Counted from the stretch's first letter, positions 23,334-36,439 are shown. The stretch is DNA of 64,000 bases from Lama glama (GCA_028534125.1 CM052824.1:60140001-60204000); one strand, 5' to 3'. Notes: a model not told the origin generated them from the letters alone. Numbers and translations are program-made.

Positions 23334-25879
23334 TGACTGATTACAGCAAAGCCCCCATGTCTCGAGTCCATGCCGTGACTACCTGGAAGACATCAGAGAC
23401 ACACTCTCAGGAGTTAGAGGGCCAGCTGGATATCCAACAGCAGAGGGAGGAGAAAGTGCCTTCCCTTTCAGCTTTGGCTCCTGCCACCCAGAGCCCCAAA
23501 TCCCCTGCAGCTAAACCGAGCAAGAGACCCTGAAAGACAGGGTAGGTTCAAAACTCCGATTCTCGGACATGCTGGCCTCCGTCCCCGCGGCTGGCACTGT
23601 GTCCTGATGTTTGAGGGTGGCTTGCAGCCGGAGGCCCCTCTCCTCCCGGAGACTGGGTGGTGGAGGCCCCCAAATCCAATAAAGATACCTGCCCAGTTCC
23701 ACAGACTCCACAGCGGCCCAAGCCCCACACAACGGGCTGGTGGGCGGCTCAGAGCCCTGGCCAGGAGGCCTCTCACTCATCACGACGCCATTTGGACGAG
23801 ATTTTTAACCTGTAGGCCACATCCAGAGGCCCTGGAGAGCCTGCCCAGCCCTGCACACTCACACACAAATCTGCCTTCTGCTAGGTGCAAGAAAATTCCA
23901 GAAGCCCAAAGTAGCTGCTAACAATGACAGCCTGGATCCTGCAGAGCGTGACAGTAATGACACAACGTCAAGCAGCCTGCACACATCACCCTGGCCTTCA
24001 CGGCCCCCAGCAAGTCGGGATCTGCTCACCCCCAGGGTCCCTGCTTATGGGCAACTCTCTGGTCTGTCTCGCCCGTGGCCAGGGGTGACTCCAGACGAGG
24101 ACAAGCCATTGTCCCACTGACACCGGTCCAGCTGGCCTGCAGGTGCTCTCACGGGACTTGGGGTGGGGGGCTCTGCCTGCTCCTGGAGATCGCGAGGCCC
24201 CACAGGCATTCACTACGCCCCGCCCAGAGCCTCCCGCCCACCCTCCCTTTGCCCACTGGCCTGGGCCCCCGAGGGCCAGCCTCCCCACCAGGGACAGCAC
24301 TCGGCCCGCAGGAGAACCCACCAAGCTCCCCTGGTTGGGTCCACTGCCAGCTAAGGTGACGGAGCCACTCATCCCACGGGAACGTGGGAAGAAAGAGCAA
24401 GAACCGACCCTCTCCAGGCCCAGGGCTGGTAGCACTCAACTCCAAGTCCATTTTCTCTGGCATCACGGGGGCGCCCTGGCCTTGTCGCCCCTCTGCTTGC
24501 TGGCCCTGGGCCCTGACGGCCACTGCCTCTGGGCCAGGCGGGGAAGGGCGGGCTCGGCTTGGCTTTTGCTTTCACAGGCCTGGTGAGCGTCAGGGCTTCC
24601 CTGAAGAGGGAGGTCATTGTGGCACTGGCCCTTCCGCGCACCCTGTGTCCAAGCTGTGCTCACTGCTGGTGACCAGCACCCTGGGATGGGAACTGGCATC
24701 GTGGTCACAGTTCTCCGGGGGGGCCAGATCTGGCCCAGAGGCCCCATGTCCTGCCGATCTGACTGCAGGCTGCACTAAACTGCCACTTCCCTGTATCCTC
24801 GCAGCCGGCAGGCCCCGCACGTGAAGCCGGGCAACATCTGTGTCTGGTGGGCAAAGAATCCGGGGTTCTTTGTCCGGAAACCCAAGGCAGCCTGCCTCTG
24901 CGCCTGGCCCTGCCCTCCCTCTGCCAGGCTGCGTCTGTGGTCAGAGTTGGGGCAGGGGTCCCCCGGAGAAGCAGGAGGGCCCCGGGCCGCAGTAATGGGC
25001 TCCTCACCCTCGCCATGGCTGTCCATCCCCTCCCCTTTGGACGCGGGCAGTCTGTCAGGCACGGGAGGCAACCTAAAACCCCGGGTAAACGGAGAACTTG
25101 GTGGGAGTTACGGCGGGTTTCTTACCCGGCCACGGGCCGCAGGGACCAGTGGTGCGGCCGAGATGGCCTGCCCGGGCCCGCCGCGGTCATTAGCAGATGA
25201 GATTCAATAGCCAGCAGCAGCTTTGAGGGGCTTTATCTAACCTTCGGAAGGTAAGATTAACACCTTCGATGGAGGGAAAGTTAAGACGCAGGGGCCCTTG
25301 GCTTTGCAATTCTGACTCCCAGCCGTGAAACGAGAGCCCCCCCTCGGGCCAGCGATCTGCCCCGGGGTTTCTAAGCGCTCTTACTTTCCACTGCTTTTTT
25401 TTTTTTTTTTGGCCCTTTTGTTCAAAAGGACACTCAGCCAAACGTGCCGTCACCAAAACTCCACCTCCTGCCTGTCGGACACACTTGCGGGCACATGCAG
25501 GAGCACCCTGAACACACACGGGAGCATGGAGCATCGGGGGCCCAGACACCCTGGTGGCACCTGGCTCATGGGCAGAGATGCCAGGTCTCCCCAGGCGTGG
25601 GGCTGGGGGGACACAAGAAATCTCCCGTTGCCCCAGGTTTCCGTGCTGCTACTCGGATCTCATTGCACAGAAGTAGCCATGGACCCCGTTCCTCTGGATG
25701 GAAAGCAGTGAGAAGCCCCCTGGGCAGAAAGGGCACTGGGCTGGCTCAAGGTTGCCTGGGCTCCGGCTGGGTGAGGGAGCGAGCGGCCGGTGGGTGTTTT
25801 AAAACCAGGCATCAGTGGAGTGGATGACGCGGACTTGGGGAGGTCGGAGGACAGCGCCCGACATTCCATCGTGGGGCTG

Positions 25880-26350
25880 GTTTTTAAAGTCTCGTCAAAT
25901 CACTTCCAGGGAAAAATTGATCTGTCTGTGACAGCTTTTCCTCCTGCTAACGTGATAAATAAATAATTAGCCACATTGTTGGGCTGTTTCATTACAGAAA
26001 AGGATGGCTCGATGGGCCGAGATGGAACAGCCGATCAGAAGGACGGAGCCCGGCTGTAAACCCCCCCAGTGCTTTACGACACCATTTGTATTCTGTCAGT
26101 CACTAGCTTTATGCTCAGCCCGAGCTGGGAACTGAATACCCTATTCAGAGAGGTACTCACAGGCGTGCGATTGCAATTTAATATTTTCGCACACAGACAC
26201 ATCATTATCTCGGAACCTGACACTGGCAGCATAATTCTGTAATTTTTCAAGAGGGCCTAATTTTTCTAAATGCGAGCACTAGGGCCCAGGATTATCCAAA
26301 CAGCCCCCGCTCCCCTTTGTTTCTTCCATGGGGTTATAAACTGCGGGAAA
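25880..26350. promoter_or_regulatory. Candidate conserved enhancer (HOX/TALE/GATA/FOX motifs)
   Basis: Non-repetitive AT-rich block in a GC-rich intron. TTTACGAC at 26,073-26,080; CTGTCAGTCA at 26,093-26,102 (reverse complement TGACTGACAG); TGATAAATAAATAATTAG near 25,953. Confidence 0.5.
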
Positions 26351-29300
26351 GTGCTCGGCCATCGCCCTCCCTGCACCTTTGAACTTCTCCCGTCTCTTCT
26401 CACACGACGACCAGCTGCAAACGGCTTTGGGCCAGGCCCGCCCGGCTGCTGCAGCCCCTGCTCCAGACGCCGCAGGGAGCTAAGTGACACTGGGACGGGT
26501 GGGGGGCGGCAGTGAAAACGAGGGGCTCTTTGCAAAGCACAAGTGGGCAGGGAGGTGCAAAGTCACCGACAAAAAAGACCGGCCTGAGGGCGCATCTCCC
26601 TCGGACGTCGGACCCAGGCTGGAGCACAGGTGCGGGCACCAGTGCACAGGTGCAGCGCCCGCATGGACGCATCCGCACGCTCCTGGAGACCCTCAGCCCA
26701 TGGCCCGGACGAAGGGTGTGTGTCAGGGGCCGTGTCTCCCGCCGAGAGCAGCGTCAGCTCCGGCCAACAAAATGCTCCCTGGCTCTCAAGCAGTTCAAGA
26801 ATTCACTGGCTTTTCCAGGAATAAGAGCTGAGAGTGATTTGCAAAGAAGGCCAGGCTTCCCCGGAAGGCATCTGGGGACGAGCAGGTGGCAGTGAAGAGG
26901 AAGGTGGCACCGCCCCAGGCTGGTGGCCACAGCCTAAACAGCTCGATTTTGACTGAGCAAAAGACGTCCTCTGGGTCACAAGCTCCGTCCAGAGGGGGGC
27001 CTGGGGGCCTACGAGCAGCCTGTGCTCTCCTCCCCACTGACCCCCAGAAATAGCACCCAGGACCCCCTTCGATCAGGACAGCAAGTAGGGAGAGGGGACT
27101 GACAGCCACTTGTGCGTCTGGGGGCTGGGAACGGCTGTCAGGGCAGCACACGGCGGTGACGCCGATTCCAGCCCGGCGAGGACCTAATCGTATCGCTTTT
27201 CCGGGACCAAGACCAGAGGTGGCCTGTGCGGCAGAAGTATGAATTCTGGGGACGTGGCCTCATTCTGAACCTTTACCAGGGAGTGTCACCTGCAGGCAGA
27301 AAGGTGCCAGGGAGTGACAGGGGCCTGGCTTGGCTGCACCAGGGACAGAGGAGAGCTCTGCCCGGGTTGCAGCAGCTCGCCTGTGGCCACCCCTCGGGCT
27401 CCTCCAGTGAGCAGGATTTTCGGTCTTTGTTTAAATGTTTTACGGACTGATGTCTCTGGGCGTCTCTGAAGAGGCTGTTACAGCCCATTGAGCAGGTACA
27501 AACGTCCAAAGCGTTTTTAAATGCGCGCCCCTTTCCCGGAGACTAGAAAAAGCAGCTAGCAGGGCGTGTGTTATGCAAATCCATATTTCGGCAGAATATT
27601 GACTCCTGCGGTCTCAACACAGGTATGAGGTTAAACCGTGTCCCAGGAAAGGGTTCCCAGGCACATTCGGTTCCCAGACACATCCTCCGTTGACCCAGGC
27701 ATTTCACTCCTGTGCTGAAATGTTGGCGGTGCCCTGCCTGCCATCGGAACCAGAGATACGCGGTACAAATTTCGTCTGAGCCACTGAATTTAAGAGTGAG
27801 AGAGAGAGAGGCTCTCACGGAAGCAAAGACAGATACGCAAACCTTCTTTCCCGCGCTGCTCCCTCCCTTTCCTTCGGGCCTTTCTGATTTGCAGTAGAGC
27901 GGTGAGTCGGGGGTCCAGCAACCCCTCCGCAAGCGCAGAGGCAGGACTCGGGGGTCCCGCGAGCTGGGAGTCTCCAAACGTGCTGAGGCAGGGGCGGCCT
28001 GCTGCTTCTCTCCCCTTCCGAGTGGTTTGGACACAGAGGCCCAGGCCCTGGGACAAGGACCTGCTGGCCAGTGAGGACCCGAGTCCAGTGGGCATCCATG
28101 ACACTGCCCAGAGCACGGGGACCTGACACATCTTCCTCTGAGTGGGTCCGCAGTTGCCTGGGACCCTCAGGTACGTCTCAGAGCCTGGCACACAGTAGGC
28201 CCATTGGTGACACGCAGAGGTGAACCACCAAGGGGAACAGTGCAGCCAAAACAAGCAGGAGACCCAACCCCTGCGGGCCCTGGGAGGCCTCTGATGAGAA
28301 AAGAGCCGGCAGATGCCAACAGCTGTTTAACCCCAAAGGTAGACGTGAGGATGGAAAAGGCCTAGGCTGGGCGGGGGCCGGGAGGGCAGCGGGAGGGCGG
28401 GCTCGGCCTTCGCCTGGTGAGCGCCCTGCTGCATGTCGGGGTGGAAACAGTCCCCCGCACCTGTGCTCCCCAGTCGGAAAATACAACCACGAGCTAAGGA
28501 CCGTGTGTGCTTTATTTCGCGACCGAGCTGGGCGGCGAATCGAGGTACGGACACGGCCTTCTGCTGCGGCCCTGAGTGGCCCCCACGGAGCAGGGAGGCT
28601 GAGGCCTGACAAAGCAGCTTCCCCAGCAGGCCCAGGAGGTAAGCCACCTGGGTCTGCCTGCCTGCCTGCCTGCGTGGGACATCCCGCCCCAGGCAGAATC
28701 CCCTCCCCAAACACCATGCCCCCTTCCAGAACCTTCTGCTGGTGGCCGGGGAGGAAGCACAGGGGGCACGAACACCCACCTGTCCACACTCTGCAGCCCC
28801 TCGATTGAGTCACAGCTCACTTTGACCCTCCCAGACGGACCCCCTTCCTCCGACTTCAAAGACCAGGGTCTGGTGGCCATGAGCCGAGACGGACAGGAGG
28901 GGACGCAGCCCAGCCCGGTGCTGGAGTGGACGGCACGCCGGCTCTGGGGCCCGAGATGCCCCAGCCACCCCGCCCGTCCCACAGGCCAGCCGCAGGGGGA
29001 GGCCCCCGCGTGGTCATGGGAGCAGCGTCCAGGGCGCCCACCAGCATGGCTTTGACATTGGCACCAGTGCCCAGCTCTGTTACCCTTTCTAAAGTGGGAA
29101 AGTAGACAAAGCCACTCATCTCTCGACTCTGCAGAGCACTGAAGAGAAGCAGGCCGCAGGCCTGAGGGCCGTGCTGGACTCCTGGAGTCCCGGAAGCACG
29201 GCGGGGCCCCTGGAGCTAGGGGTCGGGCAGGCCCGGCCTGGGCTCTCCCCACTCAGCTCCTCCAGCCGCCCCCAGGAGAAACAGGACGGGGCTTCAGACC

Positions 29301-30695
29301 CAAAGAGGCAGTGCCAGTGTCTCCCTCAGGCCTCACCATCACCCCATCTCCAAGTCAAGTGTGGAGCACACGCCTGGTGCCAGAGGAGGAAGTCAGACCC
29401 ACCTGTAGCCACCCAGGTGAGCCAGGAGGCTGAAGGCCAGGGTGTCAGAGACGCTGCCAGTGCAGCCAGAAGGGCCGCAGTCTGCTTCTGGGACACTCCC
29501 GAGAAACCGCCTGGAGTCCCAGGGGCCCCTCTCCTCCCCACGTGAGCAGGAGAGCAGCCCTGGTCCCAGCCTCAAACCAGGAGAAGGGTCTTCTCCTCCT
29601 GTCAATGCCCCTTGAACTGCCTGGGGATGGGAGGGAGGCAGACCCCCACGGCACCCGCACAGGGACAGTGACAGCAGGCCTGGAGGCTGAGCCCGCATCC
29701 TGTCCCTTCACAGCCGGCTGCACCCCCACGTTGAGGGAACAGGGGTCTCGGGCCACGACTCGGGTCTCCGGGAAGAGCATCTCAGAACCAGGAGACCGCC
29801 GGGCAGAGGAGCCCCGTGCTTTGCCCCCCCCCCACAGATCCTTCTCACCGTCTCCAGCCTCACACCTGTGGGAGTGAGGAGCAGGCACTCTCCATCACCC
29901 GCCTCGCCGACGGCAGAGCAGCTCAGGCTGGGCAAGGACTCCGGCGGGTAGCGCGGATCCCCACATACACACCCCGGGGCACACACCCCTCGCACGCCCC
30001 ACACTGGACGGGGTGCAGACTGAAGGCGCACGCCTCCTTGGAAGGGTGCTCCCCCCGAAGAAGCAGCACGAGGCTGGTGAATTCCCCAGCCCAGCGTGTC
30101 CTGCAGAAGCCTCCCGCCAGACGCAGCAAGTGGGCGTTCAAGGTCACCGGTTCTCAAGCCCTCCTGAGCAGGGTTTCAGAGGTGAACAGAGCAAGGGCTG
30201 CCCTCACTTGTCCAAGCTGGAGCCCAGGAACACTGCCCACAGGGCGGCTTTGCTCCCATGCCTGTAGAACCTCTCTGTGGACCCCCGTCCGCCCACCCGG
30301 GGGCCCGGAGGGGAAGTCTGGGTGCGTTGAGGGCTCGCAGCGCCAGTCTCATGGGGGCCCCTCCACCCCGAGGCGAATTTCAGGTGAGTCTGTTGCTGCA
30401 TCAAATATCTACCTCGGAAACAGAGTCAGGCCAGAATGAAAAAGTGACCCCACGCTCATCAGGTCGGTTTAAACAGAAGCTGCACTGTCTCCACCCCGAA
30501 AGATGATGTTTGGGGTTGGGACCAGCTCAGGCGTCAGATGGAAAATGTGCAGCGAGAATGCGGAGCCTTCTTTAGAGGAGATAAAATATTCACCAGGACC
30601 CAGCCATGTTTTAAAATGATTATAAATTATTTTAACAGTGCATTTGCAAAGGGTTATAAAAACAGCCATAATATATTTTTTTCCCTTAGATTCTA

Positions 30696-30987
30696 NNNNN
30701 NNNNNNNNNNNNNNNNNNNNNNNNNNNNNNNNNNNNNNNNNNNNNNNNNNNNNNNNNNNNNNNNNNNNNNNNNNNNNNNNNNNNNNNNNNNNNNNNNNNN
30801 NNNNNNNNNNNNNNNNNNNNNNNNNNNNNNNNNNNNNNNNNNNNNNNNNNNNNNNNNNNNNNNNNNNNNNNNNNNNNNNNNNNNNNNNNNNNNNNNNNNN
30901 NNNNNNNNNNNNNNNNNNNNNNNNNNNNNNNNNNNNNNNNNNNNNNNNNNNNNNNNNNNNNNNNNNNNNNNNNNNNNNNNNNNNNNN
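30696..30987. other. Assembly gap (292 N)
   Basis: N-run. Confidence 0.99.
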
Positions 30988-31884
30988 ATATAAAATAAGC
31001 AAAGCCTTCACCAGACTCTGACTTCCCTCCTTTTTTTGCACAGAATGTTAACTATTAAACAAATATGTATCGAGGCCCCGCGGCACTCCTATCTGCCACC
31101 CCAGGCCATTGTTCTTCACAGTCCAGGGAGGGGCCGCTGGCCTGGCCGGGGCACCTCCGGACAGAGGAGGATTTGATGGTGAAACCCTGAGAGAGCGAGG
31201 AGACGGCTGGAACAGAAGAGGCCACCCCCGATGCCCTGGGCGCACAAGAGTGGCCGTTCCGGCCCCTGGCCCTGACGATGGCCCGTGAGGTGCCCAGACT
31301 TAAGGAAGAGTGGCCGATTCCAGACTGGACTTATAGCTGCGGCCTCGGCTCTTCACCCTGTGGTTCAGGTCCACGCAGCAGCTCCACCTCGCCCTGACGG
31401 CCTGGGGGAGGGGCGGTGGTGACCTCCCTCCAGATCTGGGGTGGAGGGAAGGGGGAGCTAGCTGGCCCGACACCTCACCTCCTCTCTTTGCTCAGGCAAA
31501 AGACAGAATGTGAGGGGTGGACAAGGTCGACCCTGGGTCAATGCTCCAGCTCTCCTGCACCTGTCCTTGGCAGAGGACACCCAGAGCCAGGGGCTGGAGA
31601 CACCCCAGGCAAGGCCCCTGCCCAGCGGAGGAGCCCAGTCCCAGGCAGAGAGTCCCCGTCTGGAGGAGGCTGAGTGCTCAAGTTCGACAGATGCATTCGC
31701 ACGCTTTAAGCACACTGATGTCTTGCTTGCTTTTGTGTTAGAAGCTGACTGTTGGCCCCGGGAAAATGCTTAAATCCTGACACATTAAAAAAAAACCCCT
31801 ATGGAATTAACTGCAGCCTTCAGGAGATGGGGGCTGCCAAATAAGAAATCCTGGAGGACTTTAAGTGACACTCAGTTTCACAAT

Positions 31885-31960
31885 TAACCTGCTGTGTGAC
31901 TGTCTATGGGTTATTTGACCTCTCTGTGCCCTTCGTATCTTACCCCTAAAAGTGGTGCCA
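31885..31960 (+). mobile_element. MIR fragment
   Basis: GCTGTGTGACTG...GGTTATTTGACCTCTCTGTGCC...TAAAAGTGG matches the MIR core. Confidence 0.6.
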
Positions 31961-32099
31961 GCCGGCCACACTTCATCCTTCTCAGTCAGTGAAGGGGGAA
32001 TGCGGTCATGTCTCCCAAGTGTCTCCTCCACCGGACCCCCTCCCTGAGGCAGCGGCAGCAACAGGGACACGGGCAGGCAGGGCTCAGGCTGTGGCCCCC

Positions 32100-33530
32100 T
32101 CGGGTCTCGGCTCAGGCAGGTGAGGGGGGCGAATGCACGGGGCCCAAGCGCCACATTCGTCGAAGCTGGGCCTGCGGATTCGGCCCGGGAAGGCAGGGGT
32201 CGCTCCTGGCAAGCCAGACTCCCCACCCCCGCCTCGATTTCTCCGCAGAGCCGCAACTTAGACCCGGCCTCCCGCGCCTGCTTCCTCGTCTCTCCGGACC
32301 CAGGTCCGCGGAGCGACCTCGAACCGCACATGGGCCTGCGCCCCGCGATGGAGTCTGGGCCAGGTCAGCAGCCGGCTGCGGAGCCCACTCCCTCCGTCCA
32401 GAAAGCCAAGAGAGGCGAAGACCCTTGGGGCCACGCCGCGGCCCTGGGGGAGGAGGGCGCCGCTCCGGCCGGGCTGAGACCAGGGGCGCTCGGCCGGGCG
32501 CAGCCACCGCCACCACCCCGCTGCGCGGTGTAGACGCGGGCGCCGCTCACGCCGCGCTGTAGTTGGTCGCGACTTCGTGCGCGGAGAGCCTTGCGCCGTC
32601 GGCTCCGCCGGGGATCCCTGTGCCCCGCGCCGCGGCCCGGCCCGGCCCGCGCCGTCTGGAGCCCCGCGCAGTCCGCGTCTGCGCTCGCAGCGAGGCCGGG
32701 CCGGCTCCTTCCGCCTCGAGAAGTTTCTTTCCCGCGCAGAGACGGCACCCCGACTGTGCCTTGTCCTCCCGCGCCGGCTACGTGAGCTGCAGCGTCCAAG
32801 ACTTGTTACACGGGTTTGATTCAAAACCTGATAAATTGTGTTTAACGCTATTTGAAATTTTTAAACGAAAGTATTCGAAAGATTTTTAATCCTGGATAAT
32901 TTTTGTTGAAACTCTAATTATACGTCACCTTAATTACCAGCCCAGCCCCCAAGGATCCCTAATTGCCTTCTAATTGAATAAAACGGGGCTAATCGCGCCC
33001 ACGGCGGCCCAGCGAGCCGGCGCGCTCCCCGAGGGGCTCGTGGAGGGGAGTCCCAGGCCGCTCCACCGCCCGCACCGGCCTCTCAGCACAAACGGGAGAC
33101 TGGGTCCCCGGCCCTGCGCTCTGCCCGGAAGGGAGACGCCCGGGGCGCAGGAGCTGCGGGCGGGCAGGGTCGGGGAGGCCTAGCCCGCACCTGCTCCACG
33201 CCAGCGGCCAACAGAAGGAACGCGGCGCGCGACTGGGGACCCCAGGCGGCAGCGGGTGCCCTTCCCCCGGAGCACGTGGGGAGGTCATCCACGAACAGGA
33301 CCCGGCACCCTCCCCTCCCGCAAGCCTCGGTGGGCGCCCTGGCACACCCGCGGGGCCCCTGGCCAGCCAGAGCCTTCAGGCAATCGCTCACCGCCGCCGC
33401 GGGGCACCTGGCCTTGGCAGCCAGCCCTGCACCCCGCCCCTCCACCGCAGCCTCCGCATTTTCGCCCGAAGCGGGGCGAGCCGCCAGACTCCCGCTGGAC
33501 GTTTCCTGGCGCTGCTGCCCTACCCGGCGT
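32100..33530. promoter_or_regulatory. Intronic CpG island with AT-rich homeodomain-motif core
   Basis: CpG-dense flanks (32,100-32,790 and 32,995-33,530) around an AT-rich core (32,800-32,995) with seven TAAT cores. Confidence 0.75.
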
Positions 33531-36439
33531 CCGGACAGGAGGCTGCTGTCCTGGCTCCAGGGAGGAGACTGGCGGAAGGGACAGGCTTCCCCTCCAAGGG
33601 TGGGAGATGGTCAGGGCCCAGCAGAGGGGGACCTGGCCTGTTTCTGCTGGGGAGAAGGAACAGGCTGGGAGCTCAGCCTGCAGCCAGGGCGCCCCTACTC
33701 CCTGTCACACACACGCCCTCCTCACAGGCATCCCCCTCAAAGCAGGCGCAGAGGCAGCAGCCCCCACCCCCACCGGGGGGGGGGGGAGCAGCAGTGGCTG
33801 CTGTCTGGAAGCTCTCCCCAGGCCTGGAAGACGTGGTGTCTAGGACTCTTGGATCTGTCCCCTCCACGGAGTTCATACCTCAGGGTGCTCCAATGGGGGC
33901 TCTGGCTGGACACAGCTTAGGGGGCACATCCTCCCCCACCACAGGGCCCCCCAGCTGTGCTGTGAGGAGGTCAGGAGGACACTGTGGCTGTGTTGACCCC
34001 TACCTGGCCACCTGGCTCCCAACAGCAGCAGAAACACAAAGCTTTTGTGTGACATTTTGTTTTTAAATGGAGGACAGGGACAGCCTCATTTCCCACAGAC
34101 CAGCACGGCCTAGCCGGTTGGAGGGGACCCTGGCCCCTACCTGTCCTCACTGCTCCTGCCCCCAGCCTCAGCTTGAGGTGGGCAGTTTCCCAGCAGCTGG
34201 GTTGCAGCCCTGGCCTGAGTGCCCCAGTGGCTTCTGTCGTTGCAGACTCAACTCAGAGTCCCCAGTGCGGGCCCCAAAGGTGCCACCAGCTCGGCAGCAT
34301 GCAGCCCCAGCAGGAGGGATGCCGCTGGAGTAGGATCTCGGGAAGCACAAACGAAATGAGAGCCCCAGATATACCCTCTGAGGCAGCCCCCCAAGCCCTG
34401 AGTCAGGCGGTCACATCCCCAGCCTGGATCTCCTTCCATGCCAGGCACATGGCCGCAGGCACAGCCCAGTCCTGCACCCTGGCCTCATGCCTGTGACCCC
34501 GTCCCAGTCCCCCAGCTCCCTGACCCTGGCCAGGATGTGGCTTGGAGGGGGAGGTTCTGCTGGTGGCACTCGGGCTGCCCTGCTGCCTCAGATTCAGGTA
34601 ACGGAGTCAGGTCCCCAGGGACGTCCACATCTGCTTGAAATATCGTCCAGTGAAGTGAAATTCCTCGGTGGGTCCTGTGCTCTGTGTCGGGCAGGCAGCA
34701 AGGTCCTGTGCCTGCCTGGGCTACCTTCTTGGGGAGAGCTGGGGCCAGCTGTCCTAACTGTGGGGCCCAAGCGGGAAGGGTTCCCAGTGCTTGCTCCAGT
34801 GTGGGCTGCAGCTGCGTCTGAGCCTCACAGACCTGCTGGGCACTGCCTTTTCCTCAATAAGGGCTCCCAGGAAGGGGAGACCTGTGCTCTGCCCTACCCT
34901 TGGGTCCAGTTCTCTGGCCTCTGAGCTAGGCTGCAGGTCGCTACCTGTTCTAGGTCCTGAGCAGAGCCAGGCCAGCAAGCTTCCCCACCTGGCTGGGTGG
35001 AGCACACAGAGAGCTGAGGCCCAGGCTGACAGCAGGCAGGCGTGGGACGCTTGGAAGTTTCTGCGGCCACTCTGGGCGCACTGAGCCGGCCTCTCGCTTG
35101 CAGCGAAGGCCCAGCGAGAATTCCGCCGCTCTCCACTTTCTCGCTCCATCTTCGGGCCCTTTCTTGGCGACAGCCCGACCCAGGCGGCCTGCTCCAGGGA
35201 GCCAAGACACTGAGAAGATCCATGGTGCACAAACAGACCCGAACATGCACATGAACACGCACATTGCACATGCCTGCCGGCAGGCAGGTAACACGCGTTG
35301 CCAGCCGCACCAGCCACAAAACGCGGGGCCCTGTTCGCACCAAGAGGGGCCAGAGTTCATGGGAGGCCGAGGAGGCCGAGGCCATAAGCACCGGGCAGAG
35401 GAGACCGGGTGGAAAGGGGCACTGTAACGAGGGGCCCCGAGCGGCCGCGGGCAGAGTCCAGGAGCACCCTGCAGAAGCTGGGAGCTGCTTTTCCCCCGTG
35501 GGCCCGACGCGCAGCCTGCGGACTGTGGGGGCTGCTGTCGGGTCGGGCCGAGCCGGCCGCGCACCGAACCAAGAGGGTAGAACTTCGGGAAACTGTCGCG
35601 AGTTTCGCGCCCACCGGGTTCACGCTGAGGGGCTCGGCCCTGGGTGCGACGAGGCCGGGCCTGGCAAGGTCGGGCCGAGGAAGAGCCTACTGATCGGCCT
35701 GGTGGTCCCTCAGGGATTCGCAAGGGGAAGCGGCCGGGCGCCTCTTCCACGGGTGGGCGGGCGGCCGCGGAGGAGGGGGCGGCGAGAGCAGGAGGCTCCG
35801 ATAAGGCTCCGGGCGGCGCTCGCCACTTCGCTGCAGCCGGGCCGCGGCCGGGCTTCGGGAGCCGCGCTCGCCGGGCCGCCGCGGCGCCGCCGCCCCCACC
35901 TGCCCGCCTCTCGGGCCGCAGCCCCGGGCCCACGGGCCTCGCAGCGGATGGCGCGGGAGGCCGGGGCGCGGAGGGCGCACGGCTGGCCCGAGGAGCGGCG
36001 GCGGGCTGTCGTGCGGGCCGCGAGCGCACCCGGCCGGCGGCGAGGACCCGGCCGGCGGCGGGCTGGGCGCGCCGAGCCCGCGGCTCGGCCCGAGACGGAG
36101 CGAAAGAGAAAGTAAGACCGGGGACCGGGCAGTCTCGCCGGGGGCAGCTCTGTCCCCGCCAGGCCTCGGGGCTGTGCCGGGCGAGCGGGCGCGGGAGGGT
36201 CGGAGCGAAGCCGAGGTCGGTGGCGGTGGAGGATAGGAAGGCGGCCCGGTGGGGACCCTCCCGCCGGAGGCACCGGCGCCTGGGCGGCCGCGCGGGCTGC
36301 CGGAGTCGCGGAGGAGCGCCCGCCGCCGCACGGGGCACCAGTTGGGAATCAACTTCACGACCATAGTTCCAAGCCCAGGAAGACGGCTCCATTTTGCTCC
36401 CCCGGTGGCTGTGGCTGTCTTGCCGTCGCCACTCCTGCC

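Noticed and set aside
22974-23371. Cys/His/Val/Thr-rich ORFs resembling metal-binding proteins (also 63,479-63,991 and 60,525-60,971)
   Set aside because: They are translations of (TG/CA)n simple repeats.
31246-31321. Direct repeat AAGAGTGGCCG(A)TTCC with 60-bp period, superficially repeat-spacer-like
   Set aside because: Only two copies in mammalian DNA with no array or cas genes; an ordinary local duplication.
34950-36392. 480-aa minus-strand ORF starting at a good Kozak ATG (AAAATGG; MEPSSWAWNY...)
   Set aside because: It runs through the CpG island and is R/P/A/G low-complexity with no recognisable domain. Long stop-free frames are expected at this GC level, and CAAAATGG may instead be a YY1-like motif.
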